64,000 nucleotides of DNA, taken from contig JAKANP010000003.1 in NCBI GenBank assembly GCA_021812345.1, forward strand, positions 82-64,081. Reading direction: 5' to 3'. Shown one piece after another: positions 39,661-47,566 of the stretch (its first letter is position 1; each line of letters begins with the position of its first letter). This DNA comes from a bacterium. GTDB taxonomy: Bacteria > Patescibacteriota > Minisyncoccia > UBA6257 > JAGOQP01. Both the position numbers and the translations under genes were made by a program. Below the pieces are notes generated by a model. The model saw only the letters and a program-made list of their open reading frames with translations, had not been told where the DNA came from and searched no databases.

Positions 39661-39694
39661 ATTCAAATCAAATATCAAATCTAAAATATAAAAA

Positions 39695-39724
39695 CAAAAA
39701 CAGGGGATCATACCCCTGTTTTTG
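39695..39724 (+). terminator. rho-independent terminator after rplS
   Basis: aaaacaggggatcatacccctgtttttgg. Confidence 0.65.
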
Positions 39725-39786
39725 GTAAAATACATTGTTATGCGCTAATACCTTGAGCGAAATATTATATTTGATAAAATATAAAT

Positions 39787-40452
39787 ATGAATCCTTTGGG
39801 TAAAGTTAAAATCAAATGGTCTCCGAATTTTGCTTACGCGATTGGGTTGATAGCGACAGACGGAAATTTATCATCAAATGGCAGATGTATTGTTTTTACG
39901 TCAAAAGACTTGGAAATGATAAATAATTTTTTAAAATGTCTATCTGTATCTTCAAAAATAAGCATGAAGGCTAGGAGCAATGAGAAAGAGAAGAAGTATT
40001 ATTATGTTCAGATCGGGGATATAAATTTCTATAAGTTTCTGAATTCTATTGGACTTACTCCGGCAAAATCAAAAACTATCGGAATTATTAACATACCTGA
40101 CAAATATTTCTTTGATTTTTTGCGGGGACATTTTGATGGGGATGGCACTTCCTATTCTTATTGGGATAAGCGTTGGAAATCAAGCTTCATGTTTTATACA
40201 GAGTTCATATCGGCCAGTAAAAAACATATTGATTGGCTTAGGGGCGAAATTTCTAAAAAAATTGGAATCAATGGGCATATAACAAAATCAAAAAATAATT
40301 CAGTTTATCAATTAAAATATGCGAAAAGAGAGTCTACAAAATTGATTTCAAGAATGTACTATGGTAAAAAGGTTGTATGTCTTTCTAGAAAAATAGAGAA
40401 AATCAAAAAGGCATTAGCAATAAATAAAGTTGAAGATGCCCAGGTGCTGTAA
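39787..40452 (+). CDS. Free-standing LAGLIDADG homing endonuclease (double motif)
   Basis: Two LAGLIDADG motifs: YAIGLIATDGNLS and FLRGHFDGDGTSY, 221 aa; not inside an obvious intron or intein host; 3' end overlaps tRNA-Leu(GAG) by 15 nt. Confidence 0.8.
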   Translation: MNPLGKVKIKWSPNFAYAIGLIATDGNLSSNGRCIVFTSKDLEMINNFLKCLSVSSKISMKARSNEKEKKYYYVQIGDINFYKFLNSIGLTPAKSKTIGIINIPDKYFFDFLRGHFDGDGTSYSYWDKRWKSSFMFYTEFISASKKHIDWLRGEISKKIGINGHITKSKNNSVYQLKYAKRESTKLISRMYYGKKVVCLSRKIEKIKKALAINKVEDAQVL

Positions 40453-40521
40453 CTGGTAGCCAGGCCAGCTTGAGGTGCTGGTGTCCGCAAGGACGTGGAG
40501 GTTCGAGTCCTCTCCTGGGCA
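40438..40521 (+). tRNA. tRNA-Leu(GAG)
   Basis: GCCCAGGTGCTGTAACTGGTAGCCAGGCCAGCTTGAGGTGCTGGTGTCCGCAAGGACGTGGAGGTTCGAGTCCTCTCCTGGGCA; anticodon loop TTGAGGT, long variable arm. Confidence 0.8.
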
Positions 40522-40558
40522 CAAAACAAAACAGCCAAATAGGCTGTTTTGTTTTGTG
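40522..40558 (+). terminator. Strong hairpin immediately 3' of tRNA-Leu(GAG)
   Basis: acaaaacaaaacagcc-aaat-ggctgttttgttttgt, 16-bp perfect stem. Confidence 0.6.
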
Positions 40559-40720
40559 CAGGAAGCAGGTAAATTTATTTGCTTGTGTGAGGATTCGAAC
40601 GACGGAGTATGTGCGAGCCAGCAGGCGAGCGCACGAGTCGGTGCCCAGCCCGAGCTGAGCGACTGGCGAAGCGAGAGGCGAGGGTAAATCCCTTACCTGC
40701 CGGTAGGCAGGTCTCCTGGG

Positions 40721-41050
40721 TACTACTTCGCTCCTACTTCGTAGAAACTTCGTAGGACGCGGTAAAGCTTCGTAGCACAAAGCACTACTTTGCTCCTACT
40801 TCGTAGAAACTTCGTAGGACGCGGTAAAGCTTCGTAGCACAAAGCACTACTTTGCTCCTACTTCGTAGAAACTTCGTAGGACGCGGTAAAGCTTCGTAGC
40901 ACAAAGCACTACTTTGCTCCTACTTCGTAGAAACTTCGTAGGACGCGGTAAAGCTTCGTAGCACAAAGCACTACTTCGCTCCTACTTCGTAGAAACTTCG
41001 TAGGACGCGGTAAAGCTTCGTAGCACAAAGCACTACTTTGCTAAAGCTTC
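40721..41050. repeat. Tandem array of 5.2 near-identical 62-bp units with phased TTCGTAG-type subsites (iteron-like)
   Basis: Unit CTCCTACTTCGTAGAAACTTCGTAGGACGCGGTAAAGCTTCGTAGCACAAAGCACTACTTTG repeats without spacers; each unit has three exact CTTCGTAG plus one degenerate copy with start-to-start spacings 11/11/20/20 bp. Confidence 0.9.
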
Positions 41051-41115
41051 TTTTTTTAATAGAGCAAAACATAAAATAGGCCCATCACGGTCTATTTTTG
41101 ATTTTATTTATCAAC

Positions 41116-41144
41116 TTGACACAAGTAATAATATGTGCTAGTAT
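41116..41144 (+). promoter_or_regulatory. Sigma70-type promoter (TTGACA-17-TAGTAT) upstream of the GC-rich ORF
   Basis: Core TTGACACAAgTAATAAT nearly identical to the promoter at 42154; followed by SD AGGGAGG 6 nt before ATG 41249. Confidence 0.5.
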
Positions 41145-41248
41145 TTGCTCATAATCGGGGGATGAGGGATTGTCCCAAAATTCTACCGATACAGCACTCA
41201 ATGTTTTAATGTTTTTGTCCCGATGGGAGTCGGGGCAGGGAGGTCACA

Positions 41249-42025
41249 ATGGAAGCGATGGAGAGAATCAAGGGTTTGATGGACGAGAAGGCCGTCGAGA
41301 AGTGGGCCGGTGAGTTCGGGACCTGGAAGGACAAGATGGTCCACGAGCTCGCCAACGAGCTGTCCAAACGAGGGTTCTCCTCCGAGAACCCGGCAGCGGC
41401 AAAGGACGTCAAGGCGGCCGAGCAGTTTCTGGCCGCCAAGAGGCAGCTCGTGGAGGCGAAGGTCGACGAGACCTTCACCCCCGAGAACATCGCCGCCGCA
41501 CATCTGGACTGCATCATCAAGGTCCAGGTGGATGAGACGCAGGAGTTTCGTGTCATCTGTCAGTCGCCTCGTCACGCCGGGGCGAACATGGCAGTTCTCC
41601 CGACCCAGAAGTTCATCGTCCGCAAGAACGCGGACGGCGAGCTGACTCGGATGTGCCACCAGGGCACATCCGAGGCGATCGTCACCGGCGACTTCCTGGT
41701 CACCGGGGAGGGGCGGATCATGCGCTTCTGTCCCTTCTGCAAGGACAAGGCGATCGCCGCCGCCCGCGAGCGTGGCGAGAAGTTGACGTTCTACCGCCTC
41801 GGCGAGGCGGTGAACAAAATCTCCCGCATCCGGGAGAACGAGGCGCGCGAGGCCGAAGAGAACGCCAAGCGCGAGGCTGAGGCCGAGCGGATGGAGCACT
41901 CGGCTTCCCGACAGATCGCCGGCAAGCGCGTGGACTCCCGACGCGCCGACTTCAACCGTCGGCACACCTCCGGACTCAAGCGTGCCAGCGGAAAGTTGGC
42001 CCGCGATCTCATGAGCGAAGACTGA
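41249..42025 (+). CDS. Orphan GC3-rich protein (foreign-looking), Cys motif FCPFC
   Basis: 258 aa; coding region about 62% GC with strongly G/C third positions in a 35% GC genome; good SD; terminator at 42088; no recognisable domain; the antisense ORF 41198-42046 is a high-GC artefact. Confidence 0.6.
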   Translation: MEAMERIKGLMDEKAVEKWAGEFGTWKDKMVHELANELSKRGFSSENPAAAKDVKAAEQFLAAKRQLVEAKVDETFTPENIAAAHLDCIIKVQVDETQEFRVICQSPRHAGANMAVLPTQKFIVRKNADGELTRMCHQGTSEAIVTGDFLVTGEGRIMRFCPFCKDKAIAAARERGEKLTFYRLGEAVNKISRIRENEAREAEENAKREAEAERMEHSASRQIAGKRVDSRRADFNRRHTSGLKRASGKLARDLMSED

Positions 42026-42087
42026 GTGAAAGCACTCTCTCTTCACTAAATTGACCCTGGAGGAGTCAATAGTGAAGGGAAAAAATC

Positions 42088-42117
42088 AAAACCCTGACAA
42101 TAACGTCAGGGTTTTTT
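42088..42117 (+). terminator. rho-independent terminator
   Basis: aaaaccctgacaataacgtcagggtttttt. Confidence 0.7.
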
Positions 42118-42153
42118 AATTTCCAAGCGAGCATATTTGATGGATCAATTAAT

Positions 42154-42182
42154 TTGACACAATAATAATTTCGGTATATTAT
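42154..42182 (+). promoter_or_regulatory. Sigma70-type promoter (TTGACA-17-TATTAT)
   Basis: aatTTGACAcaataataatttcggtaTATTAT; paralogous to the promoter at 41116. Confidence 0.5.
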
Positions 42183-42318
42183 ATTTTTAGTATTTTTATA
42201 TATAAATTAGTAATGAGCTGACTACCTTCATCTAAAGATGATCGCGGATTTAACGCTGACTCTCGCAGATGAAGAGAGTGAGCTCGTTACTAATGAAAGA
42301 GCAAGAAAGGGGAACAAG

Positions 42319-43068
42319 ATGAGCAATTTATTTTCTTCCGATTTTTTTTCGACTCGCGATATTTTTTTGAATTTGTTTGAGAGCAGTCGGGTTGATATCG
42401 GCAAAAAGGGTTTTCGCTTTAGCACTCAGATTCGAGATTTGGTGAAGAAAGGAATTGAGGTTCTCAAGAGTGGAAACAGAGATGAGATTGGCGGAATCAG
42501 ACAAAAAATTTCCGATGCTTGGACAGAATTAATTGATGCCCGTATTCCTTCGGATCTTGCTTGGCGTCACGAAGCCGAGGCGGCTCAAGAATTGTGGGAG
42601 TTTGAATTTGTTGTAGCTATGTACGATTATCTTTTTGACGGCGCGGCGTTGGATTTTAAGAAGTTTGATATTTATCCGCCGGATGAAGATGGCGATGAAG
42701 ATAGCGAAGAATATCGTGAAAAACAAGCGAGAAACGATTATATGTGTTCATTTACTCCTCAGCAATGGCTCGCCGGTCTTATCGATGCTCCTACCGAATT
42801 GGGTAAGGTTTTGGAGGATTATTGTATTGACAATGATCTTTCTCCCAGCGCGTACGTAGAACTGTGGGATAAATATGTTAAGATCGTGGAGCAAGTTGTG
42901 AACTTTCTCAGCCCGTTTGAAAATGTGTATGGGCAGGTAATCAACAACTCCCGGATGCGCGGATTTGCCAATACTTTTCGCGGTCGCTATGGTCGGCTGC
43001 GCGGATTTCTTGAGAGAAAAAAGCGCGACTTGATGATACTCAGACTTCAAATGAAGATTGGTTTGTAA
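42319..43068 (+). CDS. Hypothetical all-alpha protein (orphan); start at ATG 42319 after SD AAGGGG
   Basis: The annotated ORF begins at 42238, but SD plus ATG at 42319 (MSNLFSSDFF) fits better; intermediate GC (about 45%); terminator at 43083. Confidence 0.45.
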   Translation: MSNLFSSDFFSTRDIFLNLFESSRVDIGKKGFRFSTQIRDLVKKGIEVLKSGNRDEIGGIRQKISDAWTELIDARIPSDLAWRHEAEAAQELWEFEFVVAMYDYLFDGAALDFKKFDIYPPDEDGDEDSEEYREKQARNDYMCSFTPQQWLAGLIDAPTELGKVLEDYCIDNDLSPSAYVELWDKYVKIVEQVVNFLSPFENVYGQVINNSRMRGFANTFRGRYGRLRGFLERKKRDLMILRLQMKIGL

Positions 43069-43082
43069 TTTATTTTAAATAT

Positions 43083-43110
43083 GTCCCGGTAGTTTCCGGG
43101 ACTTTTTTTA
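43083..43110 (+). terminator. rho-independent terminator
   Basis: gtcccggtagtttccgggacttttttt. Confidence 0.7.
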
Positions 43111-43234
43111 TTTAAAATAATTTTATCAAGCATCTTACAACCGTAGGATGCCTGATAAATTAATATTAACGCATAATCATTTTTTGCCTTTTTGTAAAAT
43201 TTTATTTAAAATAAAATCATCTAAAATAAAAATT

Positions 43235-44380
43235 ATGAAACGAGAAAATATTGTCGCCAAAGATCAAACAAGCGAAAAATTGCTCAAGGAAATAGAAAAC
43301 AAAAACGATATTAAAAGTGAAAGAATTAAAAGGCTTTTGGCAATGCCGGATCTTTCACGAAAAATAAATTCTCCGCTTAAATTTATTATTGACGCCATTC
43401 TGGCTCTGCCGATTTTCAAAGATTTTGATATTTTGGAATTTCCGGAAATTGTAAGTGTTCGGGATAATTTTGATTTGTTAAATGCCCCCGCCGAACATCC
43501 CAGCCGAAAAGAAACCGATACTTATTATGTTGACGTAAATCATGTTTTGCGAACTCAAACTACGGTTATGTGGCCGTTTTATTTACAGCGTCCTGAAGCG
43601 ATAGAGCAACTTAAAAAAGAAGGAGAAATAGGATTGTTGAGTTACGGAAAAGTTTTTAGAAAAGATGAAATAGACAGAAGTCATTTTCCGGTTTTCCATC
43701 AGATAGACGGACTTTATATTTGCAAAAAAGAAAAGAAAATAATCGGCATCCCGGAACTTCAGGAGGTCTTAACTGCCATAACGAAAGCTATTTATGGAGA
43801 TATAGAATACAAATTTTTGGAAGACAGTTTTCCTTTTACAAATCCAAGCACTCAAATTGAAATAAAATCAAAAGATGTTTGGCTTGAAGTTGTCGGCGCC
43901 GGAGTGGTTCACACTCAGGTGCTAAAGAATCTTAATATTGATCCGGAAATTTATAACGGATGGGCATTCGGATTCGGCTTGGAGCGTCTGGCGATGATAA
44001 AGAACGGTATCAACGATATCAGAGTTTTTTGGTCCAACGACGAAAGGATTGCCGGACAATTTAAAGATATAAATAGTCAATACAAAGAAGTAAGTAAGTT
44101 TCCGATGACTTATCGCGACATTTCATTTATTATAAATAAGGATACGAGTTTGAATAATTATTACGAAATTGTCCGTGATTGCGCCGGTGATTTAGTGGAA
44201 GAAGTTAAAATGACCGACAAATATGAAAATAATCAAAAATTCGGTCCGGATAAAATAAGTTATACTTTCAGAATTACCTATCGCTCTCCGGAAAGGACGC
44301 TCACCAACGAAGAAGTAAATTTGATACAAGAAAAAATTATTGAAAAAACAAAACAAGAGATAAACGCTGCCGTGCGTTAG
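43235..44380 (+). CDS. pheS: Phenylalanine--tRNA ligase, monomeric type: PheS catalytic core fused to C-terminal FDX-ACB anticodon-binding domain
   Basis: Class II motifs (HPSRKETDTYYV...LRTQTT; FPFTNPSTQIEI...WLEVVGAGVVH; AFGFGLERLAMIKNGINDIRVF) followed by PMTYRDISFII...ISYTFRITYRSPERTLTNEEVN, which matches the FDX-ACB fold normally at the PheT C-terminus; no pheT in window. Confidence 0.8.
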   Translation: MKRENIVAKDQTSEKLLKEIENKNDIKSERIKRLLAMPDLSRKINSPLKFIIDAILALPIFKDFDILEFPEIVSVRDNFDLLNAPAEHPSRKETDTYYVDVNHVLRTQTTVMWPFYLQRPEAIEQLKKEGEIGLLSYGKVFRKDEIDRSHFPVFHQIDGLYICKKEKKIIGIPELQEVLTAITKAIYGDIEYKFLEDSFPFTNPSTQIEIKSKDVWLEVVGAGVVHTQVLKNLNIDPEIYNGWAFGFGLERLAMIKNGINDIRVFWSNDERIAGQFKDINSQYKEVSKFPMTYRDISFIINKDTSLNNYYEIVRDCAGDLVEEVKMTDKYENNQKFGPDKISYTFRITYRSPERTLTNEEVNLIQEKIIEKTKQEINAAVR

Positions 44381-44412
44381 TAAAAAGCATTAAAAAATAA
44401 ATATATAAAAAT

Positions 44413-44715
44413 ATGAAATACGATAAGTTGATTCGTGATAAAATTCCCGAGATAATATCGGCAAACGGGGAAAGGGCTATCACTCATGTGGCTGACAATG
44501 AAGAATATGAAAGAAAGCTTAAACAAAAATTGCTGGAAGAGGTCGAGGAATTTATGGAAAATAGTTCACCCGAAGAATTGGCTGATATTTTAGAGGTAAT
44601 AGATGCGATTTTCGATCAATTCGGATTTGATAGAGATGAAATCAATAAAATAAAAAAAGACAAATTAGAAAAAAGGGGCGGTTTTAAAAATAAATTAATT
44701 TTAGAAGAATCATAA
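44413..44715 (+). CDS. MazG/HisE-like NTP pyrophosphohydrolase
   Basis: KLIRDKIPEII...EELADILEVIDAI...KRGGF pattern, 100 aa. Confidence 0.65.
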   Translation: MKYDKLIRDKIPEIISANGERAITHVADNEEYERKLKQKLLEEVEEFMENSSPEELADILEVIDAIFDQFGFDRDEINKIKKDKLEKRGGFKNKLILEES

Positions 44716-44717
44716 AT

Positions 44718-45728
44718 ATGAAAATAGCAATTAATGGATTTGGAAGAATTGGTCGTTTATTTTTTAGGCAAGCGTGGGGGAACCCGGATTTGGATATCGT
44801 TGCCATAAATGATTTGGGAAATGTGGACGATTTGGCGTATCTATTGAGGCGGGATACCGTCTATCGAACTTGGGATATTGATGTTAAGAGTGATGTAACG
44901 AAAGGGGTCCTAATTGTCGGAGGAAAAGAAATAAAGTTTTTACAACAAAAAGACGCCACCCAACTTCCTTGGGGACAATTAGGTGTTGATGTTGTTGTGG
45001 AATCAACCGGAATTTTTGAATCTTACGAAAAATCAAAAGTCCATCTGGATGCCGGAGCCAAAAGGGTTGTGATTACGGCGCCCGCCAAAGATGCCGACGG
45101 AGATTTAGGACAGACGGTTTTAGTCGGAGTCAATGAAGATAAAATATCAATTTCAAAAATTTCATCAAACGGCTCTTGTACAACCAACTCGGCATCGCCG
45201 GTTATTTCAGTTTTATCCGAAAATCCAGGAATAGAAAAAGCGGTATTAAACACGGTCCATTCATATACCGCCACGCAATCCATAGTTGACGGTCCGGTTA
45301 AGGGAGATGATTTTAGGAGAGGAAGAGCGGCGGCGCAAAATATTGTTCCTTCGACGACCGGAGCGGCGATTGCCGTCACCAGAGCCATTAAAGAACTGGA
45401 AGGAAATTTTGACGGAATTGCCATAAGAGTTCCATCAATAACCGGTTCGGTTTCCGATATAACTTTTATTTCAAAAAGACCGACTACTGCCGAAGAGATA
45501 AATTCTATTTTAAGACAAGCGGCATCATTGCCAAAATGGCAGGGGATTTTGGCTGTAAGCGAAGAACCGTTGGTTTCGTCCGATATAATCGGCGTTCCTT
45601 ATGGAGCGACGGTGGATTTGAAATTTACCAAAGTTATCGGAGGAAATTTGGTTAAGATTCTTTCCTGGTATGATAACGAGTGGGGATATGTAAGTACGCT
45701 CATAAAACATATTTTGAAATTAAAATAA
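44718..45728 (+). CDS. gap: Glyceraldehyde-3-phosphate dehydrogenase
   Basis: MKIAINGFGRIGR NAD-binding N-terminus, active-site SCTTNS, 336 aa. Confidence 0.9.
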   Translation: MKIAINGFGRIGRLFFRQAWGNPDLDIVAINDLGNVDDLAYLLRRDTVYRTWDIDVKSDVTKGVLIVGGKEIKFLQQKDATQLPWGQLGVDVVVESTGIFESYEKSKVHLDAGAKRVVITAPAKDADGDLGQTVLVGVNEDKISISKISSNGSCTTNSASPVISVLSENPGIEKAVLNTVHSYTATQSIVDGPVKGDDFRRGRAAAQNIVPSTTGAAIAVTRAIKELEGNFDGIAIRVPSITGSVSDITFISKRPTTAEEINSILRQAASLPKWQGILAVSEEPLVSSDIIGVPYGATVDLKFTKVIGGNLVKILSWYDNEWGYVSTLIKHILKLK

Positions 45729-45755
45729 TTTTTCGCGTTTTAATCGGTTCACCCA

Positions 45756-47063
45756 ATGAAAAAATATTTTGCCGGCAATTTTGGAGTTATTTTGGTTTTT
45801 GTCGCTTCTTTATTGCCGGCGATTTTTTGGATTTTTCAGGAATCAATCGGAATCAGATTTTCCGGAACGTTCTCCACTTTCAGAAGTTTTGGCCAATTAT
45901 TCGGATTAGTTGGGATAAGTATGTTTGCTGTTTCTCTTTTTTTAAGCGCTCGACTTAAATTTTTTGACAAATATTTTGACGGATTAAGCAGGGCGTATGA
46001 TTTACACCATTTTTTGGGGGGATTGGCTTTCGTGTTTATTCTTTTTCATCCTTTATTTTTGGCGTTGGCTTATTTTTCTGTGACGCCGTCTCTGGCTTTG
46101 AGTTTTTTATTTTTTCCGTCGACGATGGCTGTCAATTATGGAAGAATAGGATTTTTAATAATGTTCATTTTGCTTATTTTGACTTTTTATTATAGAACTT
46201 CCATTAAATATCAAAATTGGAAATTATCCCATAAATTGCTGGGTGTCGCTTTTTTCTTCGGCGGACTCCATTCTTTTTTTATAACAAGCGATATTTCAAC
46301 CAATATGCCGTTGCGTTGGTATATTTTAATTTTATCAGCGGTAGGGATCGCGGCTTATTTTTACAGAACCTTATTGTATCCTTTTAGTGTAAGGCGTTAT
46401 CTTTATAAGGTGTCGGCAATAAAAAAAATAGGGGACGACGTTGTTGAAATCACCATGGTTCCGATCGGAGAAAAGATTAAATATCAAGCCGGACAATTTG
46501 CATTTTTGAGTTTTCAAAGCAATTCCGTGAGCAAAGAACCCCATCCATTTTCTTTGACTTCGCGCCCTGAGGATGATTTTATTCAAATCGGGGTGAAATC
46601 TTCAGGCGATTATACAAAGCATTTAATTAATTTATCCATAGGAGATACGGCTGAAGTCGAAGGAGCATTTGGAATTTTTTCTCCGGAAAAATCAAAAAAT
46701 AGAAATCAGATTTGGATTGCCGGTGGAATAGGGATAACTCCCTTTGTAAGCGTGGCGCGAAGTTTGAATTGGAAAAATTTCTCCGTCGATTTGTATTATT
46801 CTTTCAAAGAAGATGGAGATGGAGTTTATTTGAAGGAACTCGAGGAAATTTCGGAAAAGACCGATAATTTAAGAATTGCCCCGTGGATTTCTCAAAAAAT
46901 GGGAAGAATAGACGCTTCCAAAATAAAAAGAGTAAGCGATAAAATCGAAGAGAAAGTTATTTTTATTTGCGGTCCGTCGGAAATGATAATTGCTTTAAAA
47001 AAAGATTTTATCAATAATGGAGTTTTGAAAGAGAATATTTTTAGTGAGGAATTTAATATGTAA
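45756..47063 (+). CDS. Ferric-reductase/NOX-like transmembrane flavoprotein (FRD domain + FAD/NAD(P)-binding)
   Basis: 6 TM helices with conserved His pairs, HPFSLTS FAD-binding motif, GGIGITPF NAD(P)H-binding motif. Confidence 0.7.
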   Translation: MKKYFAGNFGVILVFVASLLPAIFWIFQESIGIRFSGTFSTFRSFGQLFGLVGISMFAVSLFLSARLKFFDKYFDGLSRAYDLHHFLGGLAFVFILFHPLFLALAYFSVTPSLALSFLFFPSTMAVNYGRIGFLIMFILLILTFYYRTSIKYQNWKLSHKLLGVAFFFGGLHSFFITSDISTNMPLRWYILILSAVGIAAYFYRTLLYPFSVRRYLYKVSAIKKIGDDVVEITMVPIGEKIKYQAGQFAFLSFQSNSVSKEPHPFSLTSRPEDDFIQIGVKSSGDYTKHLINLSIGDTAEVEGAFGIFSPEKSKNRNQIWIAGGIGITPFVSVARSLNWKNFSVDLYYSFKEDGDGVYLKELEEISEKTDNLRIAPWISQKMGRIDASKIKRVSDKIEEKVIFICGPSEMIIALKKDFINNGVLKENIFSEEFNM

Positions 47064-47071
47064 GGAATAAT

Positions 47072-47479
47072 ATGACAAAAAAAATTGTATCAATTTCGCT
47101 TTTTATATCGTGGACCATTTTGGTGATTTTTATAACCGCAGGACTTTTTTCTTTTGGAAATAAACCCAATCAATCCTCTTCCGGTGTTCAACCAAATAAG
47201 ACAACTCCTGTTTCTTCATCGACTGCAACAGCCGGCAATACTTCTATTAAAAGTTATTCATTAAACGAAATTGCCAAACATAATAATCAAAATGATTGCT
47301 GGATGGCAATTGGTGGAAAGGTTTATGATGTTACTTCTTTTATCGGATCTCATCCCGGAGGAGAAAGAGCAATTTTGAGTGGTTGCGGAAAAGATGCCAC
47401 AAACGCTTTTGATAGCCGTCATTCTCAGGCGGCATTTGATTTACTACCTCAATTTTTTATCGGAAATCTAAATTCATAG
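47072..47479 (+). CDS. Membrane-anchored cytochrome b5-like heme-binding protein
   Basis: N-terminal TM helix; cyt-b5 heme-binding block WMAIGGKVYDVTSFIGSHPGGERAIL...GKDATNAFD. Confidence 0.7.
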   Translation: MTKKIVSISLFISWTILVIFITAGLFSFGNKPNQSSSGVQPNKTTPVSSSTATAGNTSIKSYSLNEIAKHNNQNDCWMAIGGKVYDVTSFIGSHPGGERAILSGCGKDATNAFDSRHSQAAFDLLPQFFIGNLNS

Positions 47480-47566
47480 ATAGATAGAAAGTTATTTACA
47501 ACAGAAAGGGTATCTATTTTATTGATTATTATGTATAATAAATTTAATTATTAATTAATATAAAAT

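Noticed and set aside
40575-40600. Possible minus-strand tRNA suggested by GGATTCGAACG
   Set aside because: Flanking sequence cannot form a T-stem or acceptor stem, and no matching 5' half is present.
40403-40780. 125-aa minus-strand ORF and small plus ORFs 40470-40687
   Set aside because: Cover tRNA-Leu(GAG), its hairpin and the GC-rich spacer or repeat array; artefactual.
40721-41050. Possible CRISPR array (regular tandem repeats)
   Set aside because: Units are 62 bp and contiguous with no unique spacers between them; no cas genes nearby. This is a satellite or iteron-type tandem repeat, not CRISPR.
41198-42046. 282-aa minus-strand ORF (and several other ORFs) overlapping the GC-rich gene
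   Set aside because: These are typical antisense and out-of-frame open frames of a high-GC coding region (L/G/R/A-rich, no SD). The plus-strand frame has the SD, promoter, terminator and GC3 codon bias.
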